Shown: positions 56,243 through 64,000 of the stretch, piece after piece
How the letters are laid out: each line of letters begins with the position of its first letter
How positions within the stretch are numbered: the first letter of the stretch is position 1
Position numbers and translations under genes: made by a program
Notes under the pieces: model-generated
What the model was told of the DNA's origin: nothing
Database searches by the model: none
Seen by the model: the letters and a program-made list of their open reading frames with translations, nothing else
NCBI GenBank assembly: GCA_022822265.1
Contig: JAJECA010000050.1
Span: 81,075-145,074 of the forward strand
DNA from: Acidimicrobiia bacterium
GTDB taxonomy: Bacteria > Actinomycetota > Acidimicrobiia > Acidimicrobiales > Bin134
Reading direction: 5' to 3'
DNA: 64,000 bases

Positions 56243-57445
56243 ATGCCCGAAGCAGTCATCGTCGCCACCTCCCGCACGCCCATCGGGCGAGCCGTCAAGG
56301 GCTCGCTGGCCGACGTACGTCCCGACGACATGTCGGCATTCGTCATCGAAGACGTGCTCGGCAAAGTTCCCCAGATCGACGGGGCCGATGTCGAGGACGT
56401 GATGTGGGGCTGCGCCCAGCCCGCGGGCGAGGCCGGCTACAACATCGCCCGACTGTCGGGGCTGCTGGCCGGGCTCGACGTGCCCGGCGTAACCGTCAAC
56501 CGCTACTGCTCCTCGTCGCTTCAAACCATCCGCATGGCGGCCCACGCGGTGCGGGCCGGCGAGGGCGACGTGTTCGTGTCCGGCGGGGTGGAGTGTGTGA
56601 GCCGTTTCGCGGCCGGGGCGGCCGACCGGGGCGGCAAGAACGACAAATTCGCCGAAGCCGAGGCCCGCTCAGCCGACCGCAGTGGCGAGGGCACCCCGGT
56701 GTGGGAGCCCCCCGAGGGCCTGCCCGACATCTACATCGCCATGGGCCAGACCGCCGAGAACGTGGCCCAAGCCTGGAACGTGAGCCGCGAGCGCCAAGAC
56801 GAGTTCGGGGTCAGGTCGCAGAACCGGGCCGAGGCCGCCCAAGAGCGGGGCTTCTTCGAGAGGGAGATCACCCCGTATCCGCTGGCCGACGGCACGCTGG
56901 TGAGCAAAGACGACGGCATCCGGGCCGGCACCGTTATCGAGAAGGTCTCGCAGCTAAATCCGGTTTTTCGGCCCGACGGGACAGTTACCGCGGGCAATGC
57001 CTGCCCGCTCAACGACGGGGCCGCCGCGGTGGTGGTGATGAGCGACACCAAGGCCGCGGAACTGGGCGTGCGGCCGCTGGCCCGGATCGTGGCCTCTGGA
57101 GTGGCTGCGGTGAACCCCGAGATCATGGGCCTTGGCCCCATCCCGGCCATCACCCAGGTACTGGACCGAGCCGGCATGACCATCGACGATGTCGACCTGG
57201 TGGAGATCAACGAGGCCTTCGCGGCCCAGGTGATCCCCTCAGCCGATGAGCTGGGCATCGACTACGACAAGCTCAACGTGAACGGCGGAGCCATTGCTTT
57301 GGGCCACCCCTTTGGCATGACCGGTGCCCGCATCATGGGAACCCTGCTCAATGGTCTGGAAGATGCCGACAAGACCATCGGCGTTGAGAGCATGTGCGTG
57401 GGCGGCGGCCAGGGCATGGCCATGATCGTCGAGCGGCTCAGCTGA
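56243..57445 (+). CDS. Acetyl-CoA C-acyltransferase (thiolase)
   Basis: VIVATSRTPIGRA, NRYCSSSLQ (active-site Cys), NGGAIALGHPFGMTGAR, CVGGGQG. AGGAG lies 6 nt upstream of the ATG. Confidence 0.92.
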   Translation: MPEAVIVATSRTPIGRAVKGSLADVRPDDMSAFVIEDVLGKVPQIDGADVEDVMWGCAQPAGEAGYNIARLSGLLAGLDVPGVTVNRYCSSSLQTIRMAAHAVRAGEGDVFVSGGVECVSRFAAGAADRGGKNDKFAEAEARSADRSGEGTPVWEPPEGLPDIYIAMGQTAENVAQAWNVSRERQDEFGVRSQNRAEAAQERGFFEREITPYPLADGTLVSKDDGIRAGTVIEKVSQLNPVFRPDGTVTAGNACPLNDGAAAVVVMSDTKAAELGVRPLARIVASGVAAVNPEIMGLGPIPAITQVLDRAGMTIDDVDLVEINEAFAAQVIPSADELGIDYDKLNVNGGAIALGHPFGMTGARIMGTLLNGLEDADKTIGVESMCVGGGQGMAMIVERLS

Positions 57446-58703
57446 CGAAGGGGTTGGCTGCGCCCGAACGGGTCCCGGGCGTAAACGTGACCGGCATCGA
57501 CACCACGCCGGTCATCAGCAGGTTGCCGGGATAGGGCTTAAATACGTCGAGGTCGATCTCGTAGTCGCCGATGCGGGCGAGAACGTCTCGCAGCATGAGC
57601 TCCGACTCGATGCGGGCAATCGACGACCCTATGCAGCGGTGGCCGCCCAACCCAAACGCCAAGTGCTTGTTCGCCTCTCGGTCGATGCGCACCTCGTCGG
57701 GGGCGTCGAACATCGCCGGATCGTGGTTGGCCGTCACCCAGCTGATGAACACGATGTCGCCCCGGCGGATCTGGCGGCCACCCAATTCCACATCGCGGGT
57801 GGCGGTGCGGGTGAGGGTCTCGCTGGGGCTGTAGTGGCGCAAGAACTCCTCCACCGCAGCCGGGATCAGGCTCGGATTCTCGATGAGCCGGGTGCGGTCC
57901 TCGGGATGGGTGCCTAGGTGGTGCAGACCCCACGACACCAGCGATGTGGTGGTGTCAAGGCCGCCCGCCACTAGGTTCCACATGATGGCGGTGATCTCGT
58001 CGTCGTCCAGCATCCGGCCATCCAGCGGGGAAGAAACCAACGCAGTGGTGACATCGTCGGCCGGGTTGTCCCGGCGGAACGCGGCAAAGTCGCGAAGCTC
58101 CCCCCACATGTCTGGTTGATGGGCGATTGCGCTCTTATACCGCTCGTCGGTGGGCTCGTACGACGAGGTGGCGTGGAAGAAGTCGGCGTAGTGCTGCCAG
58201 TTGGACGAGACCATGCCCATCATTTCCAGCGTCAGCACGGCGGGCACCGGCGTGGTGTAGTCGAGCACTAAGTCGGCTTCGCCCGACTCGATGATCTCGT
58301 CGATGAACCACGCCGACACCGCCTCCATCCGGGGGCGGTTGCTCTCCACTGCGTTGATGGTCATGAGGGGGTTCAGCACCCGCCGCAAATCGGCGTGCTC
58401 GGGACCGTCGATCTCCGACACTCCCTGGCGGGGGATGTAGCCCGGTCGGGGCACCCCGCAGATGCCCATGTAGGAGATGCCATCGGGGGAATCGGGCTCG
58501 TATTTGTGGGCGAACGTCTCGTTGTCTCGGGCTACCTGGGCCACCGACTCGTAGTCGGTGACCATCCAGAAGCCGCCATAGTGCTCGTTGAACACCACCG
58601 GACAGCGCGCCCGCAGCTGTTGGTAGCGGCTATGGCGATCGGCGATGAACTCCGGCGTCTGATGATCGACGTCGATCGTGGCATCTGCTGTCTCGGCGTC
58701 CAC
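57438..58703 (-). CDS. Cytochrome P450
   Basis: Heme loop FGLGGHRCIGSSIA, ExxR (EEFLRHYSP), and the I-helix AGGLDTT. Confidence 0.92.
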   Translation of the reverse strand: MDAETADATIDVDHQTPEFIADRHSRYQQLRARCPVVFNEHYGGFWMVTDYESVAQVARDNETFAHKYEPDSPDGISYMGICGVPRPGYIPRQGVSEIDGPEHADLRRVLNPLMTINAVESNRPRMEAVSAWFIDEIIESGEADLVLDYTTPVPAVLTLEMMGMVSSNWQHYADFFHATSSYEPTDERYKSAIAHQPDMWGELRDFAAFRRDNPADDVTTALVSSPLDGRMLDDDEITAIMWNLVAGGLDTTTSLVSWGLHHLGTHPEDRTRLIENPSLIPAAVEEFLRHYSPSETLTRTATRDVELGGRQIRRGDIVFISWVTANHDPAMFDAPDEVRIDREANKHLAFGLGGHRCIGSSIARIESELMLRDVLARIGDYEIDLDVFKPYPGNLLMTGVVSMPVTFTPGTRSGAANPFVS

Positions 58704-58741
58704 GCCCGCAGCGTAGTGGCCCGCCCGGATGGTCTCAGCGG

Positions 58742-59014
58742 CTATGAGCCGTAGACCAGCACCCCTTCGGCATATTGCTCGGCGAAGAGTTTCAGCACCT
58801 CGCCGACATCGGCATGTCGCATGCAGTCGTCTTTGGAAAAGAGCATCTCACCGTCGACTTCGACGTCGAAGATGCCCGATGCGCCGGTCACCAGAGACAG
58901 CTCTTCGATGATGTGCTGATAGTTCTGAAGCAGATCCTTGGCAGCGCTCACGGCGTGCTCGGAAAAGTCTCAAGGAACTCAATAGGTGATGGTGATCCGG
59001 TGCTTTTGCGCCAT
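58742..59014 (-). CDS. SelW/Rdx-family redox protein with two in-frame TGA codons (putative UxxU in place of CxxC/CxxU)
   Basis: From ATG at 59014 the frame reads MAQKHRITITY-TGA-VP-TGA-DFSEHAVSAAKDLL...SLVTGASGIFDVEVDGEMLFSK... The TGA codons are at 58979-58981 and 58970-58972. The frame runs continuously into the 69-aa ORF 58742..58951, and upstream it is closed by TAG at 59024-59026. The pattern matches the Rdx fold: a beta-strand, then the redox motif, then G.G.F.V.VDG.L.FSK. Confidence 0.65.
58941..58958 (-). promoter_or_regulatory. Candidate SECIS hairpin
   Basis: On the minus-sense RNA, GCACGC-CGUGA-GCG(C)UGC forms 6 bp with one bulged C and GU in the loop. It starts 11 nt after the second UGA and 20 nt after the first. 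Confidence 0.3.
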
Positions 59015-59079
59015 GGCCGCAGGCTACCGCCGGGCAGAGCGCATCCCGCACATTTCTTCGACCGCTACTCTCGGAGCCC

Positions 59080-59697
59080 ATGAACCAACCAGCCGCCGAG
59101 GTCGGCGTGTTCGAGGCCATGCACACCCAGAGGGCGGTGCGGCGCTATTTGCCCGACCCGGTGCCCGAAGAGCTGATCACCCAAGTGCTGGACGCCGCCA
59201 TCCGAGCACCCAGCGCCATCAACGGGCAGTTCGCCCGATTCGTGGTGGTCACCGACCCCGAGAAACGCCGCCAATTGGCCGATCTCTATCTCGACGCCCA
59301 GCAGGAGTCGTACAACAACCCGTCGGCGGCGGGCACCGAGTGGCTGCGGGGCCAGGAGGCCGGGATCGTCGAAAAGGCCGCCAAGTTCGCCCGTGAAGTG
59401 GGCAATGTGCCGGTGTTCATCATCGTGTGCTCCACCCAGCGGGGAGTGAGCCACTCGGTTTACCCTGCGGTGCAGAACCTATTGGTGGCGGCCCGCAGCC
59501 TGGGGTTGGGCACGGTGCTGACCACGCTGCACGCCTTCCGGGCCAACGAGGTTCGGGCCGTGTTGGGCATCCCCGACGACGTCCACATCGTGTGCGGCAT
59601 CCCGATGGGATGGCCGGCGGTGCCCTTTGGGCCTGTCCGGCGCCGGCCGTTGTCTGAAGTGGCGTATTGGAACCAGTGGGAGGACCACAATGAGTGA
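59080..59697 (+). CDS. Nitroreductase family protein
   Basis: MHTQRAVRRYLPDPVPEELI..VLDAAIRAPSA, VQNLLVAARSLGLGT. Confidence 0.85.
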   Translation: MNQPAAEVGVFEAMHTQRAVRRYLPDPVPEELITQVLDAAIRAPSAINGQFARFVVVTDPEKRRQLADLYLDAQQESYNNPSAAGTEWLRGQEAGIVEKAAKFAREVGNVPVFIIVCSTQRGVSHSVYPAVQNLLVAARSLGLGTVLTTLHAFRANEVRAVLGIPDDVHIVCGIPMGWPAVPFGPVRRRPLSEVAYWNQWEDHNE

Positions 59698-60529
59698 ACA
59701 GAGTTTTGGGCCGTTCTCTTTGAGCGTTGTCGATGGCGTGGGCTGGGTGGTGATCGACCATCCCCCCAAACAGCTGGTTGACGGCCCCCTGATCGGCGGG
59801 CTCATGGGGCTGCTTGACTCGGTTGAGGCTGATGAGCAAGTGCATGTCTTGGTGTTCGAGAGCGCCGACCCAGATTTCTTCTTGATGCATGGCGACGTGG
59901 AGCAGATCCTGGCCATGGAGGCATCTCCGGAGGTGCCGACCGAGCCCAACTTTGCCGCGGCTACGTTCGACCGCTGCCGCACCATGGGGGTGGCCACCAT
60001 CGGAATGATCGACGGCATCGCCCGGGGCGGCGGCTCGGAGTTCCTTCTGTCGCTCGACATGCGCTTTGCCGGGCCTCGCACCGTGTTGGGCCAGCCCGAG
60101 GTGGCCATGGGCATCATCCCCGGGGCCAGCGGCACCCAGCGGCTGGCCCGATTGGTGGGCCGCAGCCGGGCGCTGGAGATCGTCTTGTCGGGCAACGACG
60201 TAACTGCCGAGGAGGCTGCGGCCATCGGTTACGTCAACCGGGTGCTGCCCTCCGATCAGCTCCGAGCCCACACTGCCCAAGTGGCCCGCCGAATTGCCGC
60301 CTCGCCGAAGTTGTCCATCGCCAAGGCCAAGCAAGCCGTGGACGCCGCGTTGGACCCAGTGGCGCCGGGACTCTTGACCGAGACCCAGGCCATGATGGCC
60401 TGCTCAGCCACCGGCCAGCATGTGCCCCTCATGCAGCGCTTCCTAGACGCCGGCGGCCAAACCCGCGAGGTCGAACGTGACCCCGCAGCAATGGCTGCGG
60501 TGATCGACGAGATGCTGGAAATCGACTAG
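59690..60529 (+). CDS. Enoyl-CoA hydratase/isomerase family
   Basis: VVIDHPPKQ..., IGMIDGIARGGGSEF. The ATG overlaps the nitroreductase 3' end by 8 nt. Confidence 0.8.
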   Translation: MSEQSFGPFSLSVVDGVGWVVIDHPPKQLVDGPLIGGLMGLLDSVEADEQVHVLVFESADPDFFLMHGDVEQILAMEASPEVPTEPNFAAATFDRCRTMGVATIGMIDGIARGGGSEFLLSLDMRFAGPRTVLGQPEVAMGIIPGASGTQRLARLVGRSRALEIVLSGNDVTAEEAAAIGYVNRVLPSDQLRAHTAQVARRIAASPKLSIAKAKQAVDAALDPVAPGLLTETQAMMACSATGQHVPLMQRFLDAGGQTREVERDPAAMAAVIDEMLEID

Positions 60530-61332
60530 CCCAGCTCCGGCCACAGGGCCAGAGCGGTGCCCCCCAAGAACTGGGCCTGTTCACTCTGAGTCATCCCCGC
60601 GCAGGCCGCTCGGGCCTGGTCGGCTAGCTCCTGGTAGGGCCGGTCGTGGGTCTGGGAGTAGTCCGATCCCCACATGAGCCGGTTGAGGCCGAATTGCTCG
60701 GCCAGCCGCTCCAGCATGACTGCCGGGTCGTCCGCATCCAGCACATGGGGGGTCACTTTGAGATAGAGATTGGCCAGATGGGCATAATCCCCGATTGACT
60801 CCGGCGCGAACCCGCAGTGATCGAGCGACAAGATCACATCAGGATGGGCGGCCAGCGCTTCCCCCAGCGCCGGCAGGTACTCGGGCAGCGTGGCCGCGCT
60901 CACCCGCATCCTCAGCCTGCGCACCGCATCCCAAGTGCCCTCATCGTGCAGTGGCCCTCCTCCGCCGATGGCATAGAACCGCACCCCGCCCACCCCGGCG
61001 GCGGCCAGCGCATCGAGTTCAGAAGCATCATCCACGATGGCCACCGCGCTGAAAGATTCCGGGTAGGCCGACCGAGCGTCCACAACATAAGAGTTATCAG
61101 TGCCGTATCCCCCCAGGGCCTGCACCAGCACCGCCCGGTCCACTCCGGCAGCGGCCATTTCGGCCAATAGCTCCTCGGCGGTCACCGGCGCCTCATACAC
61201 CCACTCCACCCCCGGATAGTCGGCTACCTGAAGCGGATACTTCTCTAAGTCGTCCGAGATCACGTGAGTATGGGTGTCCACTACCAGCACCCGGCTAGTT
61301 TGCTCGGCAACGCCCCCGAACGCCGATCCCAC
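60526..61332 (-). CDS. Amidohydrolase_2 family protein
   Basis: VVDTHTHVISDD..., MWGSDYSQTHD. Confidence 0.8.
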   Translation of the reverse strand: MGSAFGGVAEQTSRVLVVDTHTHVISDDLEKYPLQVADYPGVEWVYEAPVTAEELLAEMAAAGVDRAVLVQALGGYGTDNSYVVDARSAYPESFSAVAIVDDASELDALAAAGVGGVRFYAIGGGGPLHDEGTWDAVRRLRMRVSAATLPEYLPALGEALAAHPDVILSLDHCGFAPESIGDYAHLANLYLKVTPHVLDADDPAVMLERLAEQFGLNRLMWGSDYSQTHDRPYQELADQARAACAGMTQSEQAQFLGGTALALWPELG

Positions 61333-61374
61333 GGGACTCCCTATAGGGCAGATCGGCCAGGAAAGGAAGTCAAT

Positions 61375-62244
61375 ATGGCTAGCTCAAACCAGAACTACAC
61401 CTGCTTCGAGATCACCCTCGAAGGTGGCGTCGCCCATCTCCAGCTCTCGCGGCCCGAAGCCAGGAATTCAATGATTCCGGAGTTCTGGTCCGAGCTGCCC
61501 GCCGCGGTGAACGAGCTTTCCGACTCCGGGGAGGCCCGGGCTCTGGTGGTCTCCTCCACCGGACGCCATTTCACCGCGGGCATGGACCTGTCGGTATTCA
61601 CGCAACCGGACTCTCTGTTCACGTCCAGCTCAGGAAATGAGCAGGCCGAGTTCGGCCGGGTCCGGGCCGAGGTCCGCAGTGCAGCTTTGGCGCTCCAAGA
61701 GTCCCTTAGCTGCCTGGAAAGTGCCCGAATGCCAGTGCTGGCCGCGGTCCAGGGCGGCTGCGTCGGCGGAGGGGTAGACATGGTCAGCGCCGCCGACATG
61801 CGGTACTGCACTGCCGACGCCTTCTTCTGCATCCAAGAGATCAACATCGGCCTGACTGCTGATTTAGGCACATTGCAACGGCTCCCTCGGATCATCCCTG
61901 ATGGCCTGGCCCGTGAGATGGCCTACACCGGCCGCCGGCTGAGCGCAGAAGAGGCAGCGGCTTCCGGGCTGGTCAACCAGGTTTATCCCGACCATGACGC
62001 CATGGTGGAAGGGGTGTTCGGGATTGCCCAAGAAATCGCCCAGCGCTCGCCACTGGCCATTTGGGGCTCGAAAGAGATGCTCAACTACACCCGCGACCAC
62101 AGCGTGACCGACGGCCTCAACTACATCGCTACTTGGCAAGCCGGCATGTTCCATCCCGACGACATGGCCGAGGTGTTCGCGGCGAGAGCCGAGGGCCGCG
62201 ACCCCGTCTTCCAGAACCTCCTCCCCGTCAGACGAGCGCTCTAA
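61375..62244 (+). CDS. Enoyl-CoA hydratase/isomerase family
   Basis: LSRPEARNSM, STGRHFTAGMDL, AAVQGGCVGGG. ATG at 61375 follows GGAAAGGAAG. Confidence 0.85.
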   Translation: MASSNQNYTCFEITLEGGVAHLQLSRPEARNSMIPEFWSELPAAVNELSDSGEARALVVSSTGRHFTAGMDLSVFTQPDSLFTSSSGNEQAEFGRVRAEVRSAALALQESLSCLESARMPVLAAVQGGCVGGGVDMVSAADMRYCTADAFFCIQEINIGLTADLGTLQRLPRIIPDGLAREMAYTGRRLSAEEAAASGLVNQVYPDHDAMVEGVFGIAQEIAQRSPLAIWGSKEMLNYTRDHSVTDGLNYIATWQAGMFHPDDMAEVFAARAEGRDPVFQNLLPVRRAL

Positions 62245-62313
62245 TTCCTGAGCACTTGAGTCTTGGAGCTCTGGAGTTCTAGCAATCAGACAACAGCCCG
62301 GTAGGTTCACCCC

Positions 62314-62781
62314 ATGGCTTCGATTGCTACCGACCGCTACGTCGACCGGGCCGAGATGGAGAAGTTCGTCCGCCCCCGCCACCGGGGCGTGCTGCTCACC
62401 ACCCGACGGGACGGGCGGCCTCAAAGCTCGCTGGTGACACTAGGCCTCGACACCAGCGGCCGGGTGGTGGTGTCCAGCTACCCCGAACGGGCCAAGTCGA
62501 TCAACGCCAAGCGGAACCCCGCGGCCTCCATGGTGGTGATGTCAGACGAGTTCGGCGGCGAGTGGATCCAGCTCGACGGCACCGCCGAGGTCCTCGACAT
62601 GCCCGAGGCCCTCGACGGCCTGGTTGAGTACTTCCGAGTCATCTCCGGCGAACACCCCGACTGGGACGAATACCGCCAAGCCATGGCCCACCAGGGCAAA
62701 TGCCTCATCCGCCTAACCATCGACCAATGGGGCCCCATCTCCAAAGGCGGCTTCCCCGCCCGCCTAGTTCAAGACGACTGA
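62314..62781 (+). CDS. PPOX-class F420-dependent oxidoreductase
   Basis: GVLLTTRRDGRPQSSLV..., a pyridoxamine-5'-phosphate-oxidase-like split barrel of about 155 aa. Confidence 0.75.
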   Translation: MASIATDRYVDRAEMEKFVRPRHRGVLLTTRRDGRPQSSLVTLGLDTSGRVVVSSYPERAKSINAKRNPAASMVVMSDEFGGEWIQLDGTAEVLDMPEALDGLVEYFRVISGEHPDWDEYRQAMAHQGKCLIRLTIDQWGPISKGGFPARLVQDD

Positions 62782-62817
62782 GTTTGGGATTGCCAAACCC
62801 TAAGTTCAGCTACCTAT

Positions 62818-64000
62818 TCACCGTCTGAGCACAAGGTTTCGTTGGGCCGACCGCATCGAATCAACTCCATCATCCGGGAACGGATCATGCGGTGGTTTGG
62901 TCTTCCAGCGGCCAGAACCAGCATCGCGAGCAACCTGCCAGCCGTCGTCATGAATCCCGTGGTGGCAGTCGTTACACACCAGTACCAGATTCCCAAAATC
63001 GGTGGGCCCGCCGTTTGACCAGAACTGAACATGATGGGCAAAACACCAATGGGCGCTGGCCCCACAGCCGATGCACTCTTTGTCCCGATAGATCAATGCC
63101 GCCCGCTGGATATCTGAGGCGGTGCGCCGCTTGCGGCCTAAGTTCATCTCCTGGGTGGCCGGCCGGAACACGCCCGGCAAGATCTCCGCATCGCAAGCCA
63201 ACCGGACCAACTCGTCCATTGGGATCCGGGTGCCGTCGGCCAGGCGGGCGTTGACCAATTCCTGATTGATAACGTCGTAGTCGGCCACCACCATCAACGC
63301 GATCCCCTTGGCCTTGCCCTTTTCGGGTTCCAAGATCAGCTCAGCCAGCGCATCAGCCATCCGCTGCTGCGGAGTCCTCCGAGCCTTGGGATCTTCAGCG
63401 TTCCAGAGCTCCTTCACCTTCGCCGCCAACACTGTGTCGATGTGAGCCCCGGTAGTCGGATCGAACTCCCCGGATAACACGAACATCCCTGTCTCGCGGC
63501 TCAGGAACGCCCGGGCTGTCCGCCGACTCCTCTGCTTCTCCAGAATGCCCATCCCGTCGTCATCGGACATCTCCTGTTGGTGGCTGCGCATCGTCTTCGA
63601 GAACTGATCAAAGTCCTCCCGCTTGGCCGCCTCCACCACCACAGACTCATCGATCGGCCCCTCCGAGGCCGCCCGAGCAATCAACCTCGCATGCCCCACC
63701 GGAATTGCTCCATCACCCAACGCCTGCGACGTCTCTGCCAGTTGGGTGAGCCGATCCGCCGTCTCCACCTCATTGCGAGCCTCCCGCTTGGACGACTGCA
63801 ACTCCTCCCGAGCCACCCGCTCCGCCGTCACCGCATTGTGGCGTCGACTCAGTTCAGCCAACACCTGCGACTTCATCGCCCCCAACCGAGACTCCGCCCG
63901 CCCAATCTCCTTCAACCGCCCCCGCAACCCCTCCTCCGACAGCCCGGCCACATCCACACCAGCAACACACACCCCACCAGAGCGACAGCCATCGGCAGCA
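62818..64000 (-). CDS. DUF222 plus HNH endonuclease (13E12-repeat-type), probably 5'-truncated by the window edge
   Basis: C-terminal DKECIGCG...AHHVQFWSNGGPTDFGNLVLVCNDCHHGIH (HNH). The frame stays open upstream of GTG at 63972 to the end of the window. Confidence 0.8.
   Translation of the reverse strand, partial: AADGCRSGGVCVAGVDVAGLSEEGLRGRLKEIGRAESRLGAMKSQVLAELSRRHNAVTAERVAREELQSSKREARNEVETADRLTQLAETSQALGDGAIPVGHARLIARAASEGPIDESVVVEAAKREDFDQFSKTMRSHQQEMSDDDGMGILEKQRSRRTARAFLSRETGMFVLSGEFDPTTGAHIDTVLAAKVKELWNAEDPKARRTPQQRMADALAELILEPEKGKAKGIALMVVADYDVINQELVNARLADGTRIPMDELVRLACDAEILPGVFRPATQEMNLGRKRRTASDIQRAALIYRDKECIGCGASAHWCFAHHVQFWSNGGPTDFGNLVLVCNDCHHGIHDDGWQVARDAGSGRWKTKPPHDPFPDDGVDSMRSAQRNLVLRR

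Noticed and set aside
1-64000. Looked for CRISPR arrays, IS elements or transposases, integrases, prophage genes and rRNA.
   Set aside because: None were recognised. The only mobile-type gene is the DUF222-HNH (13E12-like) ORF at the right edge.

Overview
This is a 64-kb, gene-dense, high-GC chromosomal segment with an actinobacterial flavour: F420-type LLM/PPOX enzymes, MurT/GatD and a DUF222-HNH protein. All family calls come from reading motifs in the supplied translations; no database search was run. The left third (about 2.5-20.6 kb) carries housekeeping operons: DEAD-box helicase, der, DUF512, ispH, plsC, cmk, aroA, tyrA, aroH, rluB, scpB, scpA, trpS, murT-gatD. The right two-thirds (about 20.6-62.8 kb) is a large catabolic supercluster of unknown substrate. 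It holds 4 amidohydrolase_2 paralogues, 5 enoyl-CoA hydratases, 4 SDRs, 2 LLM oxidoreductases, and a P450, thiolase, CoA-transferase, acyl-CoA synthetase, aldehyde dehydrogenase and a fused ETF. Small lower-GC islets at 1-2.1 kb, 25.0-26.3 kb and 32.8-34.3 kb carry TA-like and orphan genes. I recognised no rRNA, tRNA, CRISPR array or transposase. Four observations stand out. (1) Three genes carry in-frame TGA codons exactly at catalytic Cys positions, implying selenocysteine recoding: a UGSC-motif protein, a Bcp-type peroxiredoxin, and a SelW/Rdx-like protein whose CxxC motif is encoded TGA-x-x-TGA (putative UxxU). Each has a hairpin just downstream of the TGA. (2) Tandem duplications of about 41-42 nt recur at translation-start junctions in the cmk-to-scpA operon stretch, and two of them create 14-codon uORFs whose stop overlaps the real start codon. 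(3) A mini-protein consists almost entirely of eight 11-residue hydrophobic Gly/Asn repeats. (4) A PIN-domain gene is translationally coupled to an unusually large 256-aa upstream partner.
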